Part shown: one piece after another, positions 1-10,900 of the stretch
Position numbering within the stretch: the first letter of the stretch is position 1
Layout of the letters: the number at the start of each line of letters is the position of its first letter
From: a virus
Lineage: Duplodnaviria; Caudoviricetes
Reading direction: 5' to 3' (one strand)
DNA length: 64,000 nucleotides
Virus record (IMG/VR): IMGVR_UViG_3300045594_000116
Coordinates: 64,001-128,000 of that record
Program-made: the position numbers and the translations under genes
The notes under the pieces: model-generated
Told to the model about the DNA's origin: nothing
What the model saw: the letters and a program-made list of their open reading frames with translations, nothing else
Database searches by the model: none

Positions 1-3000
1 CAGTGCCTTATTAATTGCTCCAGTGATGATAATAGAACTTACCATACGAGCATTAACTGCTGATGTAGTAAGAAGAGCATCTACTGGTTCATCTGGTCTG
101 AACTCTGTTCTAGGCTCATCACCCTTAGGCATTATATCTTTGACGACACCCTTGATAGAGTTATTATAGATAAGCTTATCGCCTACACCCATTTTATCTT
201 CGCACTTAAGATAGAACTCGATAAGAACGCTATCTTGTGCTTTCTTGAGTTTGCCGTTTGCTTCAAGTTTATAGTCAGGCTCTAAGAGATATTTAGCACC
301 CTCAATTTTATTTTTTGCAAACATGGCTTTATCTTTCTTGATCTGTGCTTCATAAGCTTTACAAATCTTTCTAAGAGAAGGAGAAAGATCCTCTAACTCA
401 CAAGTTCTGTAAATCTTGATATCCTGAACCCAACCAGAAAGTTTACTTCTAAGATGTATACGTCCGAGATCAGATACAGCTTCTACGTCATCATCGGTGA
501 TAGAGCGAAGCAATGCGTTAGCATCTTCTTCTTCAAATGCATTCTGGAATACCATAAGAGGATCTCCCTCATTGATAGCAGAACCTTTCTGTACCAGATT
601 ATATACATTAGCATCCTTAGACAGAATCTTTTCCTTCTTGACTACATACGTACTGCTCATAGCATCTGACAAGTATTCATCAATGATAGATGAATCCTCG
701 TATCCTTCATCTGTCGGAAGGATAGCAAGCTTACACATAGCTCCAATGGCATATGCCATATTCTTCGTATTCTTTTCAAGACCTACTGGTTTCTTATAAC
801 AAGTAGAATCATAAGCAAGAATATCATTGTTATGAAGAATCTGCCCCTTCTTAACTTTTGGATCGAGCTTAAGAGTTACATAGAATCCACCATCTGAATT
901 CTTCATTGTCTGCTCAGAAAGATTGATGAACTTACGTTCTTTGGTATCGCTATCTTCATAGATAAGATATCTATCAGTAACGTCAAGAACCTTACCTTTC
1001 TTTCCTTTGAAAGTAGCACAGAACAAATCTGATGTCATGTATGGAATAGCTTCATCCATGCCGGTAGTTATAAGATTAGGCATAGCCTTCTTGATACGCA
1101 TTGGATGTTTCGTGGACTGAATAAATCCCATTGCTACACGAATAGGATCATCATGTACAGTACAACCAGGATTCAAAGCCTCATGGATGCTAAGTGCATT
1201 AAGTGTATTTACATCCTTAGGAGTTTTGATCATTCCACGTACACCCTCTACAGATGCATTTATCGTAGCCTGACGAGTAATACCAACATTAGCGGCAAAA
1301 CCAGTAGACGATGCAACCACACCGAACATACTAGGATTGTATATACGCTTATCAAGACTGTAAGATCTATCAGAGTTCATACCAGATAGGCCTTTGAATG
1401 AAAGCGTATTAGCTTCCTCTGCTTCAAGCTGAGGATTCAATACAGATAGATCAGAGCATGTGCTATCCATAAGTACAGCATCAATTACTGCTGACTGTTT
1501 GACAGACATAGTCGCATCCTTCTTATTTCTCTTAAGCATAATGCGATATTCTCCATATGCTTTAGAAATAACTTTATCGAAGTACGCAGCAATGATTTCA
1601 TTGGTGCGGATTCTATTGCCAGAGATATCTGTATGAAGATTATACTTCGTATCTCCCAATAATGCACTAGCATAACCAAGAGCCGTTACATAATCATCTG
1701 GAAGATTATACGTATTACAAATCTCTTTAGTGATAGGATCAAACATGCAGTCATAGAAGTTATCCAAACCATCTGCTTTAATTCTTCCTCCAAAGTTATC
1801 TAAGAAGTCCAACCACATATTTTTGTTGTTGATATCTTTGATAGAGTAATCTTCTGTGTTACAGGTATACAAGCCGCTCATAAGAAGTGAGTTAGCTGTA
1901 GTATCCGGATATACTATATAGCCATCAGAGAACTTGATATAAGATTCATTAGCCTTAGGTCTTGTTTCACGGAATTCCGACTCTACTCCGGCTTTAGCCA
2001 TAGCCTGCTGTAATCCTTCACTGTATGCCATGACAACAATAACAGGAATTCCAGTAGCAAGAATAGAAGCTTCAGAATATGAAAGTCGTTTATCCGCCTT
2101 TATACCATCAAAGCAATCTAATCCCATATGAGATATGATTATAGACATGATGTCTGCACCGAAGTTTCCTGCATTACTACAAACGACCTTGCCCTTATCA
2201 TTTACATAGTAAGGGGTCATAGTAGGATCATCCTTGTCTTTAGGATTCATATAAGGCAGGCTAGTAAGTTCATCCATATTGAAACAGAGATATGATCCAT
2301 CTTTGAATATAACTTTGTTATAGTTAGAAGCTATATCTCTCATCTCGATAGGAATATCGTATTTCGAACATACAATGCTATTATCGCCTTCGATGATCTT
2401 CATTTTGTTTCCATCATACTTCTTGAGATACTTATTAATCACAGACATGGATTTCGTGGTTTTAGTACCATTTGAAGGATTGACACGACGAACAAAGATC
2501 TTATTATATGAACTTGATACTATCTGACAAGTATCTTCATCTGTTTTGATGATAGGAAGCAGTAATAACTGCCCATTCAAAACTTTTAGGTTACCACGCA
2601 ATTTCATAAAGCGATCATTTATGAATTTAGGAATGTCGAGTTTCAACGTGAATCTCTTACCATTGATATCTTCACACTTGATAGTCCATGTCTCAATATA
2701 ATCTTCGGTAGTAGATGTATCTTCCTTAATTATATCTAAGATTACGATAGGATTGGTCTTATTGTTAAGAGCCGCGAGACTATTGACAATATCTGATTCT
2801 AAGTTATACGACTTTGAGAATGTAGAGAACTGTATGTCTTTCCATTCTTCATTTATAGATTCAATAGGAATATTGTCTTTTGGCAAAGCCTGATTTGTTC
2901 CATTTACTTTGATCAGATCTTCGATCTTAGAGTTGTTAATCTTCTTTCCAAGGAAAGAGTTATATGCTTTTTCCATGCGTTGAGATCTAGCTTTATTGAT

Positions 3001-4566
3001 AGCAGGACCATCTTCAGATTGTAAATCCACAATAAGATTTTTCATCCATGCAGAGTCTACATCATTATTCAGATTGGTCATTGCGTCATCTTCATTTCCT
3101 GATTTCTCAGCAGCTGTTTGTACCTTCTGAACTAAAAGGGCTTTATCTACGTCTTCTTTAGAGGTATTTGCTTTCTTAGCATATGTAGCAGAATTGAAAT
3201 CATTACTATTCTTTTCCTTTGCTATATCCTCTTTAGTAGAACCAGATCCTGCACCACCGCTAAGATTATCTATTACGATACCACTCTTTTCAATCTTATC
3301 TACGATCTTATGAGTGATAACTTTAGACGAGTCTTTAGCAACGAACTCAGCGTCCTGCACACTATTCAAGCAAAGCTTGTTGATAAGCATATTGAAGTTA
3401 GATAACTTAGCCATAGTGAAGTCATCGAACTTCATCTTGAAGTATACTCCATTAGAGAAGAATACGAATTCAATATCTTTCCATGCGGATTTGATTTCAT
3501 CGTCTCTCTTGGTACGGAAGATACGATAGATAAGAGAGATAGGATTGATAGACTTGGTATAATCCCATACTGCATCCTTACCATTATACCATGCATCTAC
3601 TGGAATGAAGACTGTTTTTCTCTTATAGAACTCATTAAGTCTTGTATCTTGCAAGAACTTATTCAGGAAGTTGAAATAAAGGTCTATACCTTTATCCAAT
3701 TTATATACGTTATTCTTGAAGAATGATTCAGTATAGTAAGCCCAGTCAACGAAGAGATTGCGACTCTTATACTTCTTATAGTTCAAGTAGGTATATTTGA
3801 TGAATGGGCATCCTTCTTTGATTCTATCATAAATGATAGAGCATTCTTTTTGGTTCTTGATACGCTCATTGTACAGAAGTCTTCTAAGAGTACCGCCAAA
3901 ACCAGATGCTTCAGTAACATAATTCTCTACGAAATCTGGGAAGAACTGTTTGAAGTTATGACCTGATTCTGTATAAATAAGAGCTTCTTCCGTGATACGC
4001 TCTTCATCATAGTTATCATAATCAAGAACCTGCTCTGATAATGGAGTTGATTCTTTCTTTACATCTTCATGTGCATACTTATAGACTTCAGTATTCTCAG
4101 CTACTTCGATATTGAATCTCTTAGCTGCGACCATAATCCTTTTAGCGAGCTTAGACTTCTTGCCTTCTTCACAATGGCCGAATAGCTTTATAGCAGACTT
4201 TACATGCTCTGCTGTATCTAATGGGTACTTCCGATCTTCCGGCAATCCAAATGCTGAATCTGGTAACGCATTACGTTCTTTAGCAGTCATTTCCATAATA
4301 CATGATTCAAGTATCGAACTTGAATCTGTTGGAACCATGACCTTGGATTCGTTTATGATAAAATTGATGTCCTTCTCAAGATAATAAGACGTAAACAGAT
4401 TCTTATTGATAGTGAGGGGATGATTCATCATAGCGATAGAACTCTTGACATCTGGGGTCAAGAGGAAAATAGCACTTGATCTTCTTTTATCTTCTACATT
4501 AATGGGCAAGTAGAATGGAGTCTTATTCAACTTCATCTCTCTTACATCATCGAGATATATTGCCAC
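1..4566 (-). CDS. Phage multisubunit RNA polymerase beta-like subunit (3' end outside window, >1522 aa), probably virion RNAP
   Basis: Not in ORF track. GTG start at 4566 after GAAAGGTG RBS. Same frame confirmed by spot translation at several points. Motifs: FMKLRGNLKVLNGQL (~2570-2610), HDDPIRVAMGFIQSTKHP..PNLITTGMDE (~1050-1160; cf. RpoB HDDANRALMG..PLVGTGME), GDKLIYNNSIKGVVKDIMP..PVDALL..VNARM (~40-190; cf. RpoB GDK..KGV..DMP..SRM). Confidence 0.9.
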   Translation of the reverse strand, partial: MAIYLDDVREMKLNKTPFYLPINVEDKRRSSAIFLLTPDVKSSIAMMNHPLTINKNLFTSYYLEKDINFIINESKVMVPTDSSSILESCIMEMTAKERNALPDSAFGLPEDRKYPLDTAEHVKSAIKLFGHCEEGKKSKLAKRIMVAAKRFNIEVAENTEVYKYAHEDVKKESTPLSEQVLDYDNYDEERITEEALIYTESGHNFKQFFPDFVENYVTEASGFGGTLRRLLYNERIKNQKECSIIYDRIKEGCPFIKYTYLNYKKYKSRNLFVDWAYYTESFFKNNVYKLDKGIDLYFNFLNKFLQDTRLNEFYKRKTVFIPVDAWYNGKDAVWDYTKSINPISLIYRIFRTKRDDEIKSAWKDIEFVFFSNGVYFKMKFDDFTMAKLSNFNMLINKLCLNSVQDAEFVAKDSSKVITHKIVDKIEKSGIVIDNLSGGAGSGSTKEDIAKEKNSNDFNSATYAKKANTSKEDVDKALLVQKVQTAAEKSGNEDDAMTNLNNDVDSAWMKNLIVDLQSEDGPAINKARSQRMEKAYNSFLGKKINNSKIEDLIKVNGTNQALPKDNIPIESINEEWKDIQFSTFSKSYNLESDIVNSLAALNNKTNPIVILDIIKEDTSTTEDYIETWTIKCEDINGKRFTLKLDIPKFINDRFMKLRGNLKVLNGQLLLLPIIKTDEDTCQIVSSSYNKIFVRRVNPSNGTKTTKSMSVINKYLKKYDGNKMKIIEGDNSIVCSKYDIPIEMRDIASNYNKVIFKDGSYLCFNMDELTSLPYMNPKDKDDPTMTPYYVNDKGKVVCSNAGNFGADIMSIIISHMGLDCFDGIKADKRLSYSEASILATGIPVIVVMAYSEGLQQAMAKAGVESEFRETRPKANESYIKFSDGYIVYPDTTANSLLMSGLYTCNTEDYSIKDINNKNMWLDFLDNFGGRIKADGLDNFYDCMFDPITKEICNTYNLPDDYVTALGYASALLGDTKYNLHTDISGNRIRTNEIIAAYFDKVISKAYGEYRIMLKRNKKDATMSVKQSAVIDAVLMDSTCSDLSVLNPQLEAEEANTLSFKGLSGMNSDRSYSLDKRIYNPSMFGVVASSTGFAANVGITRQATINASVEGVRGMIKTPKDVNTLNALSIHEALNPGCTVHDDPIRVAMGFIQSTKHPMRIKKAMPNLITTGMDEAIPYMTSDLFCATFKGKKGKVLDVTDRYLIYEDSDTKERKFINLSEQTMKNSDGGFYVTLKLDPKVKKGQILHNNDILAYDSTCYKKPVGLEKNTKNMAYAIGAMCKLAILPTDEGYEDSSIIDEYLSDAMSSTYVVKKEKILSKDANVYNLVQKGSAINEGDPLMVFQNAFEEEDANALLRSITDDDVEAVSDLGRIHLRSKLSGWVQDIKIYRTCELEDLSPSLRKICKAYEAQIKKDKAMFAKNKIEGAKYLLEPDYKLEANGKLKKAQDSVLIEFYLKCEDKMGVGDKLIYNNSIKGVVKDIMPKGDEPRTEFRPDEPVDALLTTSAVNARMVSSIIITGAINKAL

Positions 4567-4592
4567 TTAAACTCACGCACCTTTCTTATAAA

Positions 4593-4605
4593 TTACTCTA
4601 GTGTT
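4593..4605 (-). promoter_or_regulatory. Putative late promoter AACA-N6-TAA
   Basis: AACA ctagag TAA upstream of the RNAP beta gene; same pattern upstream of other structural genes; matches the AR9 late consensus AACA-N6-TA. Confidence 0.6.
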
Positions 4606-4700
4606 TTCCTAATACAATGATACGTAATGTGATTAGCTAAATTATATTCTAATTGCTTGACGACTTTACATTAATTTTTATATGATTATTTGGAGGTATT

Positions 4701-4925
4701 ATGATAGATAAAGAGATTAAAGACGAGTTAACTAGTAAGGTTGACTCTAATAGATTTAATGAGCATCTATTGCTTCAGATGAATATCAATAACGCCATAT
4801 ATGGCGCGTTATTAAAGCAGCAAGCATTGATTACTAGGCTGATGGTGGTAGTTATTATCTTTATGATCATCACCATCCCAGTGGTAGTTGCTACAATAGG
4901 AGGTTGGATTAATGAAGCTCGATAA
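4701..4925 (+). CDS. Small membrane protein
   Basis: GGAGG RBS; one C-terminal hydrophobic helix LMVVVIIFMIITIPVVVATIGG. Confidence 0.7.
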   Translation: MIDKEIKDELTSKVDSNRFNEHLLLQMNINNAIYGALLKQQALITRLMVVVIIFMIITIPVVVATIGGWINEAR

Positions 4926-5400
4926 TGATACCTATAGAAATTCTCCACTTCTTGCTAAGCTGGTACGTAGTATCATAACAGCTACAGCAGATGGGGATAA
5001 TATGGAAAGTGTATTTGAGGAATTGACCTCGATATGCAAATATATTGCTACCAGTAAAGAGCCTGATCAAACTTATGCACCTTTGCATAGTAAATCTGAA
5101 ATATGCAGCTATTTAGCAAAGTCTAAATCCGAAGGACTATTTGTTGGACTGTGCAGAAGTAGAGGAACAGAAGGTATTCTGGTGCAGATGATTGAGCAAG
5201 ATGAGAATAAGCCAATATTTCATTACACCACTACTTATATTCCCGTATCTACTATTATGATAGATGCAATGAATTATAAGACGGTAAAAGTTAGAGCAGC
5301 TCTAAAGATGGTTTTTGACGATCTTAACAAGCTATTCTTTTATGGGAAAATAACAGGAAAGAACTGTGGGGGTTATATTCATGGCAATGAGCGTTATTGA
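4912..5400 (+). CDS. Hypothetical protein
   Basis: AGGAGG RBS, 162 aa, overlaps the previous gene. Confidence 0.7.
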   Translation: MKLDNDTYRNSPLLAKLVRSIITATADGDNMESVFEELTSICKYIATSKEPDQTYAPLHSKSEICSYLAKSKSEGLFVGLCRSRGTEGILVQMIEQDENKPIFHYTTTYIPVSTIMIDAMNYKTVKVRAALKMVFDDLNKLFFYGKITGKNCGGYIHGNERY

Positions 5401-5785
5401 TTTAAATAGCGGAATACAGGGTGTACTGGAGTATATGACAGATAATCGGGAAGAGTATGCCTACTCCGTTCTTACCACGATTTGCGAGGTACTTTGTGGC
5501 GGTAAAGAGATTACTCTAAATGATAAGGACGTAGATGACTTTATCAAATGTAGTGATAAAGGTATTCTCACTCCGGTAGATATAGCATTTCTCTATAACG
5601 ATGAATCTAATGAATTCCTGTTCGTATATATCAATGGCGATATAATGGTATATAATATGGGATTCACAATGAGTTCTATAGCAGCTGGAGATGTGTATGA
5701 TAAAGTAGATGCAATCATATCTTTGTGTAAATTCAAAGAGAGATTGCAGAATATGCTAATAAAGCATAAGAAGGCGCTGGAATGA
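5381..5785 (+). CDS. Hypothetical protein
   Basis: ORF in operon; likely ATG at 5381 after GGGGG. Confidence 0.65.
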   Translation: MAMSVIDLNSGIQGVLEYMTDNREEYAYSVLTTICEVLCGGKEITLNDKDVDDFIKCSDKGILTPVDIAFLYNDESNEFLFVYINGDIMVYNMGFTMSSIAAGDVYDKVDAIISLCKFKERLQNMLIKHKKALE

Positions 5786-5907
5786 CGGATTATTTGTGCG
5801 TTGAATGCACATTTGATCTTTTGAATAAAGCTAGAATAGAGATAGGATATGGTGAGAATGGAAGCAAATGCTTCTTATTAGATCAAAGCATGTTTAGATC
5901 TACGTAA
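5782..5907 (+). CDS. Possible 41-aa protein
   Basis: ATGA overlap with the upstream stop; MTDYLCVECTFDLL... Confidence 0.3.
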   Translation: MTDYLCVECTFDLLNKARIEIGYGENGSKCFLLDQSMFRST

Positions 5908-5921
5908 ATGTATATGAGTTA

Positions 5922-5937
5922 TATATTATAGATATGA
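5922..5937 (+). promoter_or_regulatory. Putative early promoter TATATTATA-N4-TGA
   Basis: Motif recurs upstream of small non-structural genes; resembles the phiKZ early motif TATATTAC. Confidence 0.6.
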
Positions 5938-5951
5938 AAGGAGGAATATGA

Positions 5952-6104
5952 TTGGATAAAGTAAAAGCTAAATCCGAATTCTTAGAGAAGATTAGTAAGC
6001 TCGATCGTGGAGCTATTAATGATATCCTTCATAAGAATTCCAAACCAGTAAAGAAGCTGATTGTACTCAGCTTGATAAAGAATGTAGGACCACAAGAAGA
6101 ATAG
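5952..6104 (+). CDS. Small hypothetical protein (50 aa)
   Basis: AAAGGAGG RBS, TTG start, MDKVKAKSEFLEKISKLDRGAINDIL...; below the ORF-track size cut-off. Confidence 0.65.
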   Translation: MDKVKAKSEFLEKISKLDRGAINDILHKNSKPVKKLIVLSLIKNVGPQEE

Positions 6105-6279
6105 AAAGGATGATATACTAGCATACTTGGTATCATTTTATCAAGGCCGATTACTGCTGATAAACTTATCTAATTAACGCAAATAAGTTGAATTAGATAA
6201 GTAATTATTTAATACAGCCATAACTAAATAGTAAATCCATAGCGAATATATGGAGTAGAAATGAAAGGTGGAATACCAA

Positions 6280-6819
6280 ATGGAAGAAACAGTAAAGAAA
6301 TTGGTTGCCGACATCAAGAGCAATATTACTCAGACTACAGGCAGCCGCAAAGACGAAATTCAGGTTGCACGGGCAATGCTGAATGACACGACGTACAAGG
6401 TTGGTGTCTATAACAAGAGTGGCAAAATCGGAACGGTTTGCCCATCGGAGATCGCTCGTGAGATGAGTGCTATCACTATCTCTCAGGCTGCTCGCATTCC
6501 GAAACCGGAAGCTCAGAATCTGATGTCTACGTATGAGTACGGCAAAGCAGAGGCCGAGGCATTCGTTGATCTGTCGAAGGAATTCGTTCAGACTTATATC
6601 CATACTGGCCGCAAACTTCCGCTCGGCGGCCGTGAGATGAGCGATGTATCTCTCTCGTTGAAGCATGTCGAGGGTGGTAATCGTCGTTATCCGATGCCGA
6701 GTGGTATTGGAGATAATGGCAAGCGTACGGCCACTTCCGGAGAAGTCTATGTTCCGGAATACGAGACCATCAAAGCTGTTGGTCCGTGCCCTGCTTGGAG
6801 AAAGCACAACAAAAAATAA
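6280..6819 (+). CDS. Hypothetical protein, possibly divergent HU/IHF-like DNA-binding protein
   Basis: AAAGGTGG RBS; biased codon usage; weak HU-like pattern (KAEAEAFVD..GRKLPL..SGEVYVP). CDS is secure, function is weak. Confidence 0.6.
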   Translation: MEETVKKLVADIKSNITQTTGSRKDEIQVARAMLNDTTYKVGVYNKSGKIGTVCPSEIAREMSAITISQAARIPKPEAQNLMSTYEYGKAEAEAFVDLSKEFVQTYIHTGRKLPLGGREMSDVSLSLKHVEGGNRRYPMPSGIGDNGKRTATSGEVYVPEYETIKAVGPCPAWRKHNKK

Positions 6820-6843
6820 TTTGTCATATTGGCAGCATAAGAC

Positions 6844-6881
6844 CCCTCTACTCAATGCGAGTAGAGGGATCTTTTTTTTTT
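6844..6881 (+). terminator. Intrinsic terminator, CCCTCTAC hairpin family copy 1
   Basis: CCCTCTACTC-aatgc-GAGTAGAGGG followed by a T10 run. Confidence 0.8.
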
Positions 6882-6904
6882 GTTATTCTAGATCATAATA
6901 ATCA

Positions 6905-6920
6905 TATATTATATCTGTGA
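6905..6920 (+). promoter_or_regulatory. Putative early promoter
   Basis: TATATTATA tctg TGA. Confidence 0.6.
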
Positions 6921-6978
6921 TAGTTAGTACGTAATAGCAATTCCGCTATTACAATTAAAAAATTAGGAGGAACTAATT

Positions 6979-7422
6979 ATGAAAAACGTAAAAGTAAGTA
7001 TTGAGATTTCCGATGCTCAGCAGCCTATCATACATGCAAGTTCATCTTGCTTCGAGTTGAATACGAAGTGGAACTTTATTAAAAGCTTCACTAAAAATGA
7101 ACTTGAGGTATTTGCCTCACGCCATATCAGCCCTTGTGCAATTCCTGCGCTTGGCGTTAGGAGCGCTGATGCATCTCTCAACTATAAGGAGTTCTATCTT
7201 GAACTCATTCCGAAGTTGCAGAAGATCGGGATGAGCGCATACGATGATGCTCCAGAGAAGGACGATAAGAAGGATCGAATCAAGAAAGAAGCTGAAAACA
7301 TCTCAGATCATATCGAAGAGTTCAAGGGTATCTCTATTCCGAAAAGAAGAGTCAACCTCGGCGATCGTGAGCAGGCTATTGCCTTTGCTCTGATGCTTGC
7401 ATCAGAGTTCGGCAAAGAGTAA
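6979..7422 (+). CDS. Hypothetical protein (likely early)
   Basis: AGGAGG RBS; own promoter motif and terminator. Confidence 0.75.
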   Translation: MKNVKVSIEISDAQQPIIHASSSCFELNTKWNFIKSFTKNELEVFASRHISPCAIPALGVRSADASLNYKEFYLELIPKLQKIGMSAYDDAPEKDDKKDRIKKEAENISDHIEEFKGISIPKRRVNLGDREQAIAFALMLASEFGKE

Positions 7423-7429
7423 TCTAACA

Positions 7430-7469
7430 GAAGGGGACTAGCTTAGATGCTAGTCCTTTCTTTTTTTTT
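7430..7469 (+). terminator. Intrinsic terminator
   Basis: GAAGGGGACTAGC-ttagat-GCTAGTCCTTTC plus T run. Confidence 0.8.
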
Positions 7470-7533
7470 GTCATTATCTCATATTTCAGTTATATATAAT
7501 ATAAGTGAATAAAGAATACGTAGCACAGAAAAT

Positions 7534-7559
7534 CCCTCTACCACCGCCATGGTAGAGGG
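7534..7559. repeat. CCCTCTAC hairpin family copy 2 (5' leader, no T tract)
   Basis: CCCTCTACCA-ccgcca-TGGTAGAGGG between the promoter variant TATATAATA-taag-TGA (7493) and the ORF at 7601. Confidence 0.7.
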
Positions 7560-7600
7560 GATATCTGCTGTCACTATTCTAGGAAAGAGAGGTGACAATT

Positions 7601-7759
7601 GTGAACAAACCAGAATTTTGTTCTGACTTCCTTGTTGAGGAAGCCAAGGATAAAACGTTTGCTTCTCAAGAAGAAGCGATGGACCACTTGTTTAACGCGC
7701 TTACCATAGCCAACAACAAGTGGGCTCATGAAGAAACTCCACTAGTACATACGGCATAA
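7601..7759 (+). CDS. Small hypothetical protein (52 aa)
   Basis: GAGGTG RBS, GTG start, MNKPEFCSDFLVEEAKDK... Confidence 0.55.
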   Translation: MNKPEFCSDFLVEEAKDKTFASQEEAMDHLFNALTIANNKWAHEETPLVHTA

Positions 7760-7880
7760 GCCTTATCTCTAATAAGAGTTGGAAAAGAAAGTATCCGAAG
7801 TAACGCTTTCTTTTTTACTCTTATGTATCTCTTATTTATTTTTTCTAATTGTACTATTTTAGGCAGGTTCAGATCCTCTC

Positions 7881-7893
7881 GACATAGAATTAA
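7881..7893 (+). promoter_or_regulatory. Putative late promoter
   Basis: GACA tagaat TAA upstream of the giant gene. Confidence 0.55.
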
Positions 7894-7915
7894 TAATCCG
7901 AAAGGAGGATAAATA

Positions 7916-10900
7916 ATGCTTGCAATAGTAAAGAACTATATGAAGAATATTCCTAAATCTATTGCATATGCTACAGTAGATACTATAACTTCTAAGTCGG
8001 CTACATTACACGATTTTAGTGAACGTAACCAAGATCTGTATAAGAGCACTTATCACGCTATAAGAGATTATAGAACAACGATTGATAAGACTAAGAAGGC
8101 CATTCAGTCGTCTCCGATCTATAGGGCCGGAGACTTAGCGTTTAACAATGCTATGGAAGATATCCGTACGGGTAATTTCTATAACAAAGAACGCGAAAAC
8201 AAAATGGAAGAGGAAGCTGTAGGAGACTTTGGATTAGATGAGTTTGGCGAAGGTATAAACCTTGGTAACGAGGAGGGAAAACCTGAGGGTGATAAATCCC
8301 AGGTAGCACCTCCTTCACTTGGCGATAAGATGGTATGCTCCTCAATTGGAGATGCCGCAAAAGCTAATGCAACAGCAGTAGCAACTGCTGTTGGTAAAAC
8401 CGGTAAATACATAGCCGATACTCAGAAGTCTATAGCCAATATGCAGTATGTCCAGAATGCCCAAATGATGGGTGTTATGCAGACAGGATTCGGAAATATT
8501 TCTTCTGGATTACAAACTATATATACTACTACGGCAGGTTTGCTTAAAACTCAAGCTGATAACTCTAAGACATTCTATGAGACTACTACCAGAGCCCTTA
8601 ATGAACAGAATGCCATGATCAAAGAAATGCTTGAGATGCAAAGAGAGCGTTATAAGAAAGAGCAGGAGAAAGAAAAGCCTCATTCTAATAACTACTCGGA
8701 TATCATCTCAGCATCTGGCGCACCTGATCTTAAGATGTATGGTAAAGTTGTTCTTGAGAATGTAAAGAAGTTAGCTAATGAGAAGAGTATGGGTATCGCA
8801 TCGATGCTCGATGAAAATACTCTTAAAGCAATGGCTGCTAATCCATTAGGTGGTATCATTTCCCTTGGAATTAATGCTGCTATGGGTAATCATCTTAGCA
8901 AAGCAATGGAAAGATTTGACAAGACTCTTAGCGGAGTTTTCGGCAATTTCATTTCTAGAATGAATGCTGAAGCTAAGAAAGGAGACGGGCTAGCCGGTAT
9001 ACTCGGTAAGATCTTCGGGATCAAATCAACAGTAAAGACCACGTTGGATACGTCTAAATACGAAAAAGGAAATATGTCTTGGAATGGTAAGGCTAATAAA
9101 GCTCTTACCGAAGTAATTCCTGGATATCTTGCTAGAATTGAATCGGCTCTTACCGGTAAGGAAGAGAGACGTTATGATTTAGATAGTGGTAAATGGAAAT
9201 CTGTTCGGGCTATTAGAACCGAATGGAAAGCTAACCAGAAAAAGTATGTCACTGATTCTACCAGTGATGTACGTGAAGAAATGAAGAAGCTCATGAAAGG
9301 TATGCGTTTTAAGACGCTTGATAAGAAGAAAGGATTCGATGAGGATCTTGATAACTTCTTTGAAGCGTTGTATAACAATTACGGCGAATTCAATGAGCAC
9401 AATAATAAGGCTAATAAGAGCGATTATGGAGTATCCAGTAGCCAGAATTTCAAGATGATTCGGGAGATGTTCAAGAAGCTTCCGAAAAATGTGAGATCTC
9501 AGATTGCTGGTAACACTCTTAATGCAAGAGCATCGCAAGATACTACTAATAGAGCACATGAGAAGGCTGGTAATGCTGCATACAACGTTGTTTTCGATGA
9601 ATCTAATATGGGTTCTATCAATGAATTCAATGAGAAAACAGGTGAGCTTAAAAAGAATCTCGGATTGCTGAGTTCAATGAACTTGAACGTCATGAAGGAT
9701 TCTTATAAGCATACGGTATTTGATTATCTTAGAGATATCTCTGAGACATTGAAGAATATTCGTACCTTGTCTGAACGTGGTGGATTCGGTGGAGGCGGAG
9801 GAAATGGCCACGGTCATGGACGTAATCGTCGTCCTCGTTATAATTGGGATGAGATTAATAAGAATAATCGAGGTCCTAGAGAAGAGTCTAGAACTGAGAG
9901 AGATCAGGATAGAGAGGCTAGAAAACGTCAGCACTATTTAGATAGTGCAAAGGAAGGCGAATTTCAGTTTGATGATGATTCTTCCATGGGAAGATTCAAT
10001 ACAATTATCACTGCTAATGCATCTGCTAGAGATGCTAAACAGGCAGAGGATGATAGGACTAAAGGTAATTTTATCGATAGAGCTTTAGGCAGAAGAGCTA
10101 GGAATGCTAATGGCGATAAGAAAAGCTTATCGGCAAGATTGGCTGCTGCTGGATCTATATTTGATAAAGTTGATGTAATTGCTGATCAGCTTGCAGACTT
10201 TGCTAAGAAACCAACAGAGATGTTGGCAGGCGTGGTAGAGGCAGCAGATCAGCATGTTTATGATCTCTTCTTCTCCAAGGATTCTAATGAGGTTGATCCT
10301 GAAACAGGTGAACGTGCTCATGGTATGTTCGGCTATATGAAGATTCAGCTTAAGAAGACTTTCTCGGATGCAAATAAGTGGATCAAAGAAAAGATTACTG
10401 ATAAACTTAAAGAAAAGTATGGAGCAGATTCCATGCTTGGCGTTGCGAATAATGCCTTTAAGAAATATACCGGCATAGATGTCGGAGAAAAAATGAAGTC
10501 CCTTAAGACTAGCATTGTCGGAGATGGACAGGGCCAGAAAGGCTTACTCTCTCCTGTACTTGATGGAATCACTGATTCCCTTAAGAAAGCTTTAGTCGAG
10601 ATGAAAGAGGATGTAAAATCTACTGCAGAAGAAGCTAGACAAGCTGCAATGGATGCTATGAACGATGATGTAACCGTAGGCCAGAGGGCAAATGGTGGTT
10701 TCGTTCCTAGAACTGGTTTGTACATGCTGTCTAAGGGTGAGGCTGTTGTCAACTCTGAAGATAATCCGTATAATCCTAATAAAAATGCTAATGTAAATGC
10801 TGATGCTAAACGCGAACAGTCTATGATGGTTAAATTGCGTAAGCAATTTCCTAACGTAGATATCGTTGATGGTAATTACGCTAAAGGCACAAATCCTTTT

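Noticed and set aside
454-4384. Short ORFs listed in the first 4.4 kb
   Set aside because: They overlap the unlisted minus-strand RNAP beta gene.
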